Source of the DNA: an uncultured Leuconostoc sp.
Lineage (GTDB): Bacteria; Bacillota; Bacilli; Lactobacillales; Lactobacillaceae
NCBI GenBank assembly: GCA_900554745.1
Contig: USIU01000001.1
Span: 1 to 34,656, forward strand
Length of the DNA: 34,656 nt
Direction: 5' to 3'
Within the stretch, counting starts at the first letter, position 1, and every line of letters begins with the position of its first letter. A model generated the notes under the pieces. The model saw only the letters and a list, made by a program, of their open reading frames with translations. It was not told the DNA's origin and ran no database searches. This document shows, piece by piece, positions 1 through 8,309 of the stretch. Position numbers and translations under genes: made by a program.

Positions 1-1
1 G

Positions 2-253
2 CTCACATTAGATGATGTTGTTGGTGTCGTGAGTACGGACTTTAGGCGTGTGAATTTTGATACGCAATTAGAAATATCACGCGCCCAGTCTGTTGACTGG
101 CCGTTCGCGGCGGAATACGTGCTTATGTTACAAACAGGTCGTTTCACACGTGATCGTGATAGTTTGCGTGAGAATGACAAATTTTTGATGTATCAAGCCC
201 AAGCCAAACACTTTTTAACACAACTAAAGGAGAGCCATTATCGCAAAAGTTAA
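2..253 (+). CDS. 3' part of a hypothetical protein (5'-truncated by window edge); overlaps the radA start
   Basis: The frame is open from base 2 to TAA 251-253 ([14 protein letters not shown]...HYRKS). No recognisable motif. Confidence 0.65.
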   Translation, partial: LTLDDVVGVVSTDFRRVNFDTQLEISRAQSVDWPFAAEYVLMLQTGRFTRDRDSLRENDKFLMYQAQAKHFLTQLKESHYRKS

Positions 254-1607
254 AACACAATTTATCTGCTCAAACTGTGGGTTTACTTCGGCCCGATACC
301 TAGGACGTTGTTCCAACTGTGGTGAATGGGGCACATTTGTCGAAGAAAAAATCCTGCCCGAAACCAACGACCGAAAAAGTCGGGTGAGTCTCGATGGTCG
401 TACGGCTAAAGTTGAAAAAATTAATGAGGTGACATCCGAGGAAACACCGCGTGTTGCCACGAACCTGAAAGAACTGAACCGCGTGTTAGGCGGTGGGGTG
501 GTGCCAGGTTCAATGGTGCTGATTGGTGGTGATCCAGGGATTGGGAAATCCACCCTCTTGCTCCAAGTTTCTGGCCAATTGGCGCATGAAGGCCGCGTGT
601 TATACGTGACGGGGGAAGAATCTGCCACGCAAGTCAAGCTACGCGCCGACCGTCTGGGCGTGGGCAATGATGAATTTTACCTCTATCCAGAAACGGATAT
701 GACGGCGATTAAAAAGCAAATTGAGTCGCTACAACCAGATTTTGTCGTGATTGATTCGGTACAAACCATGCAGGAACCAGACGTGACCTCAGCGATTGGG
801 TCTGTGTCACAAATTCGTGAAGTCACGGCGGATTTATTACAAATTGCCAAAACAAATAACATTTCTGTGTTCATCGTTGGCCACGTGACCAAGGATGGCG
901 CGATTGCTGGGCCAAAGATTTTGGAGCATATGGTCGATACGGTGCTGTATTTTGAAGGCGATAGTAACTATAAGTATCGCATTTTACGGGCGGTAAAAAA
1001 CCGGTTTGGTGCCACCAATGAATTGGGTATTTTTGAAATGCGTGACGGCGGCTTGATTGAAGTGGCGAACCCATCAGAAATCTTCCTTGAAGAACGATTA
1101 GCTGGGGCAACTGGCTCGGCTATCGTGGTTGCCTTAGAAGGTTCACGCCCAATTTTGGTGGAGTTGCAGGCTTTGGTGACGCCGACCGTCTTTGGGAATG
1201 CGCAACGGACGGCCGCCGGATTAGATCGCAATCGCGTGTCGTTAATCATGGCCGTTTTGGAAAAGCGCGCCAACCTCTTGTTGCAAAATCAAGATGCTTA
1301 TCTGAAAGCTGCCGGTGGGGTCAAGCTAGATGAACCCGCGATTGATTTGGCGATTGCCGTGGCGCTGGCCAGTTCTTATCATGATAAGGAGTCGCGGCCA
1401 AGTGATGTTTTCGTCGGTGAAATCGGATTGACTGGGGAAATTCGGAGTGTGGCTGATATTGAAAGCCGGTTGAAGGAGGCCCGCAAGCTCGGCTTTAAAC
1501 GGGCGATTGTGCCAAAGAATAACTTGAATGGGGTCACACTCCCTGAAGGAATTCAAGTGATTGGCGTCGCCACATTACGAGAAGCATTGCAATTAGCCTT
1601 AGATTAA
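240..1607 (+). CDS. radA: DNA repair protein RadA/Sms, 455 aa, non-canonical ATC start
   Basis: The frame extends upstream of the ORF-track start to include the Zn finger ([13 protein letters not shown]...RCSNCGEW). Walker [14 protein letters not shown] motif and Lon-like C-terminus present. SD AAAGGAG at 226-232; in-frame TAA at 225-227. Confidence 0.95.
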   Translation: MAKVKTQFICSNCGFTSARYLGRCSNCGEWGTFVEEKILPETNDRKSRVSLDGRTAKVEKINEVTSEETPRVATNLKELNRVLGGGVVPGSMVLIGGDPGIGKSTLLLQVSGQLAHEGRVLYVTGEESATQVKLRADRLGVGNDEFYLYPETDMTAIKKQIESLQPDFVVIDSVQTMQEPDVTSAIGSVSQIREVTADLLQIAKTNNISVFIVGHVTKDGAIAGPKILEHMVDTVLYFEGDSNYKYRILRAVKNRFGATNELGIFEMRDGGLIEVANPSEIFLEERLAGATGSAIVVALEGSRPILVELQALVTPTVFGNAQRTAAGLDRNRVSLIMAVLEKRANLLLQNQDAYLKAAGGVKLDEPAIDLAIAVALASSYHDKESRPSDVFVGEIGLTGEIRSVADIESRLKEARKLGFKRAIVPKNNLNGVTLPEGIQVIGVATLREALQLALD

Positions 1608-1618
1608 AGGGGGGTAAC

Positions 1619-1942
1619 ATGTGGGATCTGATTCCTGGTGATTTAGTTATTTTGGTGCATAATGGGTTATATCGTTATGTTTCACGTGGAACAGGGTATC
1701 GGGGGCGCTGGTGGTTAGGCGTGCTGATAACCACGATGTTAGGCGGTATCCAAGTCGGCTTAGGCTGGCTGTTGGTCGTCGTTGGGCTTAGCGAGGCCCT
1801 AATTTTGTGGGGGAAAATTGCCGTTATGGCAATACTACTTGTAATCATGGTAGGACTAGGATGGGGTATCTATCACTGGTTAGTGCTACTGAGACGGTTG
1901 GTACGGGAACAAGCTATGCCAATCCACGCTCATCGTCATTAA
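1619..1942 (+). CDS. Small hypothetical membrane protein (107 aa, about 2 TM helices)
   Basis: SD AAGGGGGG just after the radA stop, hydrophobic segments, and a terminator downstream. Confidence 0.7.
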   Translation: MWDLIPGDLVILVHNGLYRYVSRGTGYRGRWWLGVLITTMLGGIQVGLGWLLVVVGLSEALILWGKIAVMAILLVIMVGLGWGIYHWLVLLRRLVREQAMPIHAHRH

Positions 1943-1957
1943 ATAGATAACATGTCA

Positions 1958-1983
1958 AGGTCAGGTTAGTCACCTGACTTTTT
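1958..1983 (+). terminator. Intrinsic terminator of the radA operon
   Basis: GTCAGG/CCTGAC stem followed by a T tract. Confidence 0.7.
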
Positions 1984-2117
1984 GTTTGGCGAATATTTGG
2001 CCAATTGGAATTTTGTCGGGGTAATGTTGTACAATAGAGTAGATAAATAACGGGATAAACCGTATAACTGAGGAGGAAATGCGTTAGTCAAACCACTTGC
2101 CTAACGCTTTATATCAC

Positions 2118-3614
2118 ATGACAGAAGACATTCGTGTTCGCTATGCCCCATCACCAACAGGACATTTACATATTGGTAACGCGCGTACCGCTATCTTTAA
2201 CTGGCTTTTTGCACGTCATTATAACGGTCAATTTATTATTCGAATTGAAGATACTGATTCAGCCCGTAACATTGCTGATGGTGAAAAGTCACAGTTAGAA
2301 AACTTGGCTTGGCTTGGTTTGGACTGGGATGAATCACCAGAAAAGCCGGGTGCTTATGGGCCATATCGCCAATCTGAACGCAACGCTCAAGGTATTTACC
2401 AACCATTTATTGATGAATTGTTGGCAAAGGGCTTGGCGTATAAGTCTTATAAGACATCCGAACAACTGGCTGCGGAACGCGAAGCGCAACAAGCCGCTAA
2501 GCAAGCTCCACATTACGTCTATGAATATGAAGGGTTGACGGATGCAGAACGTGAAGCCAAGTATGCGGAATTTGAAGCGCAAGGGTTAAAGCCAGTCATT
2601 CGTTTCCGTGTCCCAGAAGAAAAAGTTTATGCTTGGGATGACATTGTTAAGGGGCATATCGAAATCGGTGCCAAGGAAATTGGTGGCGACTGGGTGATTC
2701 AAAAAGCCGATGGGATGCCAACGTATAACTTTGCGGTGGTTGTCGATGATCATTTGATGAAGATTTCTCACGTGTTGCGTGGGGATGATCACGTCTCAAA
2801 CACACCCAAGCAAATGATGATTTTTGAAGCATTGGGTTGGGATGTGCCAAAGTTTGGTCACATGGCCTTGATTATCAACGGTGAGACAGGTAAAAAGTTG
2901 TCAAAGCGTGACGAAAATGTGTTGCAATTCGTGGAACAATACAAGGATTTGGGTTATCAACCACAAGCGATGGTTAACTTTATTGGCTTGCTTGGTTGGT
3001 CACCAAAGGGTGAAGATGAAATTTTCTCACTTGAAGAATTCACGCAAATGTTTGACGAAAAGCGTCTGTCAAAGGCCAACGCTAAGTTTGACCAAAAGAA
3101 GTTGGAATGGATTAACAACCAGTGGATGCGTCGTGATTTGGATCAAGTGATGCCACAATTGATTCAAGAATTGGTCAATGCGGACTTAGTTAGCGCAGAA
3201 GATGCAACAGCAAAGCGCGATTGGTTAACACAAGTCATTAAAGTTGCCGGTGTGGAAGGTATTTCTTACACACGCGAAATTGTTGACTTAGTGCGTCGCC
3301 CATTCTTTGAATTAAGTGACATAACGGATGAAATGGTTGAGTATCTCACCTCTGATGACGGTCGTCAGGTCTTTGCAGCTTGGGAAAAAGCTTACACAGC
3401 TTTGCCGGAAACAGCAACTGCTGAAGACTATATGGCGGTAATTCGTGAGATTCAAAGCACACTTGAAATCAAGGGTCGCAACTTGTGGAATCCAATTCGT
3501 ATCGCGACAACCCATGAAGTGCAAGGACCAAACTTGCCAGAAATGTTAGTCGTATTAGAAAAAGACAAGGTCTTAGCAACCATGGCCGATGTCAAAGCAA
3601 AATATTTAGCCTAA
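2118..3614 (+). CDS. gltX: Glutamate--tRNA ligase
   Basis: IRVRYAPSPTG, HIGN, RIEDTD, RGDDH and KLSKR motifs. ATG 2118 preferred over TTG 2097 by typical family N-terminus. Confidence 0.97.
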   Translation: MTEDIRVRYAPSPTGHLHIGNARTAIFNWLFARHYNGQFIIRIEDTDSARNIADGEKSQLENLAWLGLDWDESPEKPGAYGPYRQSERNAQGIYQPFIDELLAKGLAYKSYKTSEQLAAEREAQQAAKQAPHYVYEYEGLTDAEREAKYAEFEAQGLKPVIRFRVPEEKVYAWDDIVKGHIEIGAKEIGGDWVIQKADGMPTYNFAVVVDDHLMKISHVLRGDDHVSNTPKQMMIFEALGWDVPKFGHMALIINGETGKKLSKRDENVLQFVEQYKDLGYQPQAMVNFIGLLGWSPKGEDEIFSLEEFTQMFDEKRLSKANAKFDQKKLEWINNQWMRRDLDQVMPQLIQELVNADLVSAEDATAKRDWLTQVIKVAGVEGISYTREIVDLVRRPFFELSDITDEMVEYLTSDDGRQVFAAWEKAYTALPETATAEDYMAVIREIQSTLEIKGRNLWNPIRIATTHEVQGPNLPEMLVVLEKDKVLATMADVKAKYLA

Positions 3615-3626
3615 TTTAGGCGGATC

Positions 3627-3662
3627 AAAAAGGTGCTTCGGGTTAACCGAGGCCCTTTTTTT
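3627..3662 (+). terminator. Intrinsic terminator after gltX
   Basis: AAAAAGG-T-GCTTCGG/CCGAGGC-CCTTTTT stem plus T tract. Confidence 0.8.
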
Positions 3663-3749
3663 GATAGGTTTTATGACAGCAAATCCGAGGACATTTGGTA
3701 GGGTTTGGCATACAATGGGGTAACAGCTCATAAAGAAAGTGTGAATACT

Positions 3750-4655
3750 ATGTATGCAGTAGAAATGTTAAATTATGGGGCGCCAGCGGTCTTGGTCGAT
3801 AACTTAGCGGCAGCCATGCCAGTGATTAAACCTAAACAAGTATTGGTGAAACAACGGGCCACAGCCATTGATCCTTATGACGTGAAGTTTCGGGCAGGGT
3901 TAATGGGCACGGATAAGCCGACGCCACTGATTCCAGGGTCATCAGTGGCCGGGGTGGTCGTGGCAGTGGGTGCTGAAGTGACGGCATTTGCCGTTGGTGA
4001 TCGCGTGGCGGCGTCGACCCATCTTAAGAGTTACGCTGAGTTTGTCCCAGTTGGCCAATCCTTACTGGCCAAAATTCCTGACGCCGTGAGTGATGTTCAA
4101 GCGGCGGCGGTCGTGTTGGGTGGCCAAACGGGTTATCAAATGATGACCAAAGATTTAGCGGTTCAGCCCAGTGATACGGTATTCATTTCGGGTGGTGCTG
4201 GTTCGGTTGGTTTCACGGCCATTCAGGTGGCAAAATGGCTCGGGGTACAGCGGATCGACACGACAGTTCGTGGACAGGCAGCCGCCGACTTTGTACAAGC
4301 CGTTGATCCGAGACTACATGTCATTGATGGCCAAATGACGTCGCTTCAAGCAGCGATACCGGCCGGCGTAGATGTGATTTTAGATACGCTTGGAGGTGAC
4401 ATGTTGCAGGCGTCATTGGCCGTTTTGAAACCGACAGGGCGCGTGGTGTCGTTGGTTGATACGGTAGCTGATCCGCGCGTGACGATGGGCTATTTGCAAT
4501 CAAACGGGCCGCAACTCGCCGAATTGTTAGCGTTAGTAGCCCAAGGTCAGGTCATTGTGAACATTGCTGAAACGCGCCCCTTTAATGCGGAAAACGTTCG
4601 TGATTTTCAAACGCGACAGCACGTGTTGGGAAAATTAGTCCTCACATTTGATTAA
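3750..4655 (+). CDS. NADP-dependent oxidoreductase (quinone oxidoreductase-like, MDR family)
   Basis: AIDPYDVKFR, GxVVAVG, SGGAGSVG, VDVILDT and GKLVL motifs; no catalytic Zn ligands. The start ATG 3750 lies downstream of -10 TACAAT (3711-3716). Confidence 0.88.
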   Translation: MYAVEMLNYGAPAVLVDNLAAAMPVIKPKQVLVKQRATAIDPYDVKFRAGLMGTDKPTPLIPGSSVAGVVVAVGAEVTAFAVGDRVAASTHLKSYAEFVPVGQSLLAKIPDAVSDVQAAAVVLGGQTGYQMMTKDLAVQPSDTVFISGGAGSVGFTAIQVAKWLGVQRIDTTVRGQAAADFVQAVDPRLHVIDGQMTSLQAAIPAGVDVILDTLGGDMLQASLAVLKPTGRVVSLVDTVADPRVTMGYLQSNGPQLAELLALVAQGQVIVNIAETRPFNAENVRDFQTRQHVLGKLVLTFD

Positions 4656-4679
4656 AAGTATCACTTCGGTGATACTTTT
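4656..4679 (+). terminator. Intrinsic terminator with UUCG loop
   Basis: AAAGTATCAC-TTCG-GTGATACTTT followed by a T-rich tail. Confidence 0.85.
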
Positions 4680-4692
4680 ATTTTGTAAGTAA

Positions 4693-4796
4693 TCGTGATT
4701 TTTTTCACGTGATAAAAAATAAATACCAATTTGTCATAATAAAAGTTTACAAATCCGCTAAAAACAGGTACAATTTATTTGTAAATTAATTCACAT
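4693..4796 (+). promoter_or_regulatory. adhP promoter with two Rex-like operators
   Basis: TTTACA(4746)-17-TACAAT(4769). TCGTGATTTTTTTCACGT (4693-4710) and TTGTAAATTAATTCACAT (4779-4796) resemble the Rex consensus TTGTGAA-N4-TTCACAA. Confidence 0.7.
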
Positions 4797-4817
4797 GGAA
4801 AAAGGAGTATGCTTAAC

Positions 4818-5873
4818 ATGAAAGCAGCAGTTGTACGTGAAAATCCAGATGGATATGTTGATTTGATTGAAGATTGGGAACCAAAGCCGCTAGCCTTTGG
4901 CGAAGCTTTAGTTGATATTGAATATGTTGGGCTTTGCCACACTGATTTGCATGTGGCGAATGCTGATTTTGGTAATCCAAATGAACTTGGACAACGTAAC
5001 GGTCAGTTCCGTCGCGTTATCGGGCACGAAGGTGTTGGGCGCGTTTCAAAGTTAGCTGAAGGTGCCAGCGACTATCTTAAGATTGGTGACCGTGTCTCAA
5101 TCGCTTGGTTCTTTGACGCCTGTGGTGTGTGTGACTACTGTGTGACAGGTAATGAAACATTCTGCCGTAAGGTCCGTAATTCAGGTTACACAATTGACGG
5201 GGCAATGTCACAACAAGCAGTTGTCAATGCCAAGTATGCCGTTAAGGTACCAGAAGGCTTGGATCCAGTGCAAGCAACGTCAATTACTTGTGCGGGTGTG
5301 ACAATGTATAAGTCATTGAAGGTCGGTGAAACAAAGCCTGGACAATGGGTATCGGTTCACGGTGCTGGTGGTTTGGGTAACTTGGCCGTCCAATATGCCC
5401 ACAATGTCTTTGGCGCACACGTTGCCGTTATTGATGGTAACGATGACAAGTTAGCTGCTGCCCATGAAAATGGTGCGGAAGTATTGATCAACCGTAAGAA
5501 GGTGGATGATGTTGCAGCTGAAGTGCAAAAGGCTACTGGTGGTGTGCACAATGCGCAAGTGACAGCCGTTAACGCCGCTGCCTTTGACCAAGCTGTTGAC
5601 TCACTACGCCCAATGGGTAAGTTGGTTGCCGTGGCTTTGCCACAAGGTGACATGGCTTTGAACATTGCCAAGACTGTCTTGGATGGCATTGAAGTACGTG
5701 GTTCATTGGTTGGAACACGTGCTGACTTGAAGGAAGCCTTCCAATTTGGTGCCGAAGGTAAGGTTAAGCCAATCGTTGAAAAGGTTGCCTTTGCCGACAT
5801 GAACGAAGTGATTGATGAAATGAAGGCTGGTAAGATTACTGGTCGTAAGGTCTTTGACTTCACAGTACTATAA
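4818..5873 (+). CDS. adhP: Zn-dependent alcohol dehydrogenase AdhP
   Basis: CHTD, GHEGVG, structural Zn CxxCxxCx7C and GAGGLG motifs; high-expression codon bias. ATG 4818 fits SD AAGGAG (4802-4807) better than ATG 4809. Confidence 0.93.
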   Translation: MKAAVVRENPDGYVDLIEDWEPKPLAFGEALVDIEYVGLCHTDLHVANADFGNPNELGQRNGQFRRVIGHEGVGRVSKLAEGASDYLKIGDRVSIAWFFDACGVCDYCVTGNETFCRKVRNSGYTIDGAMSQQAVVNAKYAVKVPEGLDPVQATSITCAGVTMYKSLKVGETKPGQWVSVHGAGGLGNLAVQYAHNVFGAHVAVIDGNDDKLAAAHENGAEVLINRKKVDDVAAEVQKATGGVHNAQVTAVNAAAFDQAVDSLRPMGKLVAVALPQGDMALNIAKTVLDGIEVRGSLVGTRADLKEAFQFGAEGKVKPIVEKVAFADMNEVIDEMKAGKITGRKVFDFTVL

Positions 5874-5876
5874 GCC

Positions 5877-5906
5877 AAAAATCGTCCAATTTTGGACGAT
5901 TTTTTT
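5877..5906 (+). terminator. Intrinsic terminator after adhP
   Basis: AAAAATCGTCCAA/TTGGACGATTTTT inverted repeat. Confidence 0.88.
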
Positions 5907-6033
5907 GTTGTTATCAGGGCGCTTTCGGTTGTTTTGAACATAGCAGTTTTGATAGGGCTGTGTTAGAATTGGGTAACAAATGTATTGGAGGAAACGATCT
6001 TTTTCCTGATGGGAAGGAGGTTATGATTAAAAC

Positions 6034-6573
6034 ATGCCATACTTTACACAACAACTTTTTAGTGGTCAACGTGATCGTATTTTACGTGTGGTGGATGCGG
6101 CTAGTGAAGATCAAGCAACCGCTGGTTTTATCCATTTATTCGATGAACGCCGCGTTTATGATTTTGATTATGCGACCGAACTAACGGAAGGGCGTATCAC
6201 GCAAGAAGAATTTGATGTTGAGGGCGAAGCAAATAATACGTTCAGCGTTAACTTTATGCCAATCGTGAATGATGACGAAGACATTCCAGACGAATTGTTT
6301 GAAGAATGGGCCGCCTTAATCGGACGCGAATATGCACTGATGCCACATGTGCACATCAATATTTATCAACAAGCCTTGAAGCCAGAAATCGAACAGATTG
6401 ATGAACCAACCTTTGAAGCGCGGTTGTTAGAATTAATTACTCGTATTTTAGGGTCCTCAATTGTCGGTTTTGCGGAAAAGTCGCTCACACTATTTCCAAG
6501 TTATTTAGTGCAAGAACAACAAGCTGAGTCAGCACCACAAGGGCCAACAACTCAAATTATCTTGCCAGATTAA
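6034..6573 (+). CDS. Hypothetical, strongly acidic protein (179 aa)
   Basis: Own extended -10 (TGtTAGAAT 5961-5969), SD sequences upstream and normal codon usage. Confidence 0.85.
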   Translation: MPYFTQQLFSGQRDRILRVVDAASEDQATAGFIHLFDERRVYDFDYATELTEGRITQEEFDVEGEANNTFSVNFMPIVNDDEDIPDELFEEWAALIGREYALMPHVHINIYQQALKPEIEQIDEPTFEARLLELITRILGSSIVGFAEKSLTLFPSYLVQEQQAESAPQGPTTQIILPD

Positions 6574-6586
6574 GATAAGAAATAAA

Positions 6587-6615
6587 TTGACACAAAATAA
6601 GAATTATCTTAAAAT
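6587..6615 (+). promoter_or_regulatory. SigA promoter of the SAM hydrolase/ECF operon
   Basis: TTGACA(6587-6592)-17 bp-TAAAAT(6610-6615). Confidence 0.85.
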
Positions 6616-6621
6616 AATAAC

Positions 6622-6741
6622 ATGTTAATAAAGCGATGACGAGTCAACTATTTGACTAATAACCCGTCAAACAGGACGCTGGCCTGCTTACCAGACTGTT
6701 TGTCGCGCCCTGCTAATCACAGTGATTAACAGGGTCTTTTT
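6622..6741 (+). ncRNA. Candidate cis-regulatory leader (riboswitch/attenuator) ending in an intrinsic terminator
   Basis: A multi-stem structure at 6633-6706, then terminator GCCCTG-C-TAATCA/TGATTA-A-CAGGGT plus T tract (6707-6741), located between the promoter and the first gene. Confidence 0.7.
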
Positions 6742-6807
6742 ATTGGCAGCTATCTATTGGAAGGAACAGTCTACTGGCGGATAACAGCGCGTAGACTAAC
6801 GTGTCAT

Positions 6808-7668
6808 ATGACAAATAATCATCTCGTGTTACAAACGGATTTTGGCTTACAAGATGGAGCGGTCAGTTCAATGCGTGGTGTGGCTTATGGTGTGGCTAGT
6901 GATATAATCATTAGTGATCTCACCCATGGGATTACCCCGTTTAATATTTTTGAAGGCTCATTTCGATTGTTTCAAACCGTTAACTATTGGCCAGCCGGCA
7001 CAGTCTTTGTTTCGGTGGTGGATCCAGGCGTGGGATCCAAGAGGCTCTCGATTATTGCTGAAACAACGGGCGGCCATTATATTGTGACGCCAGATAACGG
7101 CACGTTGTCGCATCTTTTAGCACAAGGGTTGATTGCCAGTGTTCGAGTGATTGACGAGACAACCCAACGTTTGCCTGGCTCAGAGAAGTCTTCAACCTTT
7201 CATGGTCGCGATATTTATGCCTATAACGGGGCGAAATTAGCCAGTGGTCAAATCCAATATAGCGATTATCAGCAAGAATTATCGATTGCGCAATTGGTGA
7301 AGCTGCCGATGCAACCAGGACGCTATCAAACAACGGTAACTGGGTCGGCACAATTGGTCGGCAACATTGATATCACCGATGTGAATTTTGGCTCATTGTG
7401 GTCCAACATTCCCGTTCAAGAATTTGAAAAGTTTGGCTTGGCATATGGTGATACCCTGCGAGTACAGATTCAGCATCAAGGCCAGACCATGTTTGATGAT
7501 GTTTTACCGTATGTGCACACCTTTACGGATGTCGCGCCAGGGGCACCGTTAATCTATATTGATTCGGTATATACGGTAGCGTTTGGCGTGCATACTGGTA
7601 GTTTTGAGCAAACGTATCATGTGGGTGCTGGACCAGAATGGGCGGTCACCTTAACAAAAGAAGCTTAG
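6808..7668 (+). CDS. SAM hydrolase / SAM-dependent halogenase family protein (DUF62)
   Basis: LQTDFG, DLTH, VVDPGVGS, TPDNG, TFHGRD and DVNFG motifs. Confidence 0.92.
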   Translation: MTNNHLVLQTDFGLQDGAVSSMRGVAYGVASDIIISDLTHGITPFNIFEGSFRLFQTVNYWPAGTVFVSVVDPGVGSKRLSIIAETTGGHYIVTPDNGTLSHLLAQGLIASVRVIDETTQRLPGSEKSSTFHGRDIYAYNGAKLASGQIQYSDYQQELSIAQLVKLPMQPGRYQTTVTGSAQLVGNIDITDVNFGSLWSNIPVQEFEKFGLAYGDTLRVQIQHQGQTMFDDVLPYVHTFTDVAPGAPLIYIDSVYTVAFGVHTGSFEQTYHVGAGPEWAVTLTKEA

Positions 7669-7696
7669 TCAAGTCGTTAAAAAGTGAGGGAGAAAT

Positions 7697-8263
7697 ATGC
7701 AAAAAAAGCAGCAATCATCCGGTTTTTCAGTCCGGTCAGTCGTCGCCACAGGGATTGGTGCGGCCGTGTTCTTTGTCTTAATGAAGTTTATTGCCATTCC
7801 AACCGGTGTACCCAACACCACGATTAACGTCGCAGAAGGCTGGTTAGCCTTGATCGCTAGTTTGTTTGGGCCGGTTGTGGGTCTACTGGTTGGGCTTATT
7901 GGTCACACGTTGAATGATGCGGTGACTTATGGTGCGCCTTGGTGGTCTTGGGTCCTTGCGGATGGGGTTTTTGGTTTCCTATTGGGCCTGAGCAAAAAGC
8001 CACTGGCTTTGGAATACGGCACCTTAACGACTAAAAAACTGGTACAGTTTAACATTTGGCAGGCAGTGGCCAATGTCATTGCTTGGGTTATTGTTGCCCC
8101 ACTGGGTGATATTTTGATCTATAAAGAAGCTGCCCAAAAGGTTTTCTTGCAAGGGGTTGTGGCAGCGGCAGTCAATACGCTCTCTGTCGCCATTATCGGC
8201 ACACTTTTGTTAGTCGCTTACGTGAAGTCGCGACCAAAAAAGAGCAGTTTACGTAGCGAGTAA
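7697..8263 (+). CDS. ECF transporter S component (UPF0397/MtsT-like)
   Basis: [22 protein letters not shown]...GH and PWWSW; several TM segments. Confidence 0.9.
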   Translation: MQKKQQSSGFSVRSVVATGIGAAVFFVLMKFIAIPTGVPNTTINVAEGWLALIASLFGPVVGLLVGLIGHTLNDAVTYGAPWWSWVLADGVFGFLLGLSKKPLALEYGTLTTKKLVQFNIWQAVANVIAWVIVAPLGDILIYKEAAQKVFLQGVVAAAVNTLSVAIIGTLLLVAYVKSRPKKSSLRSE

Positions 8264-8309
8264 ATCAGCAAGCTTAGCTTGCGTACATATTTCATCCATA
8301 AGGGGCATT

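Noticed and set aside
240..383. radA as a truncated gene or pseudogene
   Set aside because: The Zn-finger region is intact and in frame behind a good SD; a non-canonical start explains it.
2036..2117. T-box upstream of gltX
   Set aside because: The leader is too short and has no T-box motif or terminator.
5357..5941. 194-aa antisense ORF over adhP, and similar antisense ORFs over radA, prs and gdpP
   Set aside because: Shadow frames caused by codon bias of the sense gene; no SD or recognisable motifs.
6622..6741. T-box (Met) or SMK riboswitch call
   Set aside because: The 5' AAAGCGATGA resembles a T-box start, but there is no UGGNACC antiterminator, no AGUA/GNUG boxes and no SMK core.
6808..7668. 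True fluorinase/chlorinase biosynthetic gene
   Set aside because: It has the D...TFHGRD signature and transporter context typical of DUF62 SAM hydrolases, with no secondary-metabolite genes nearby.
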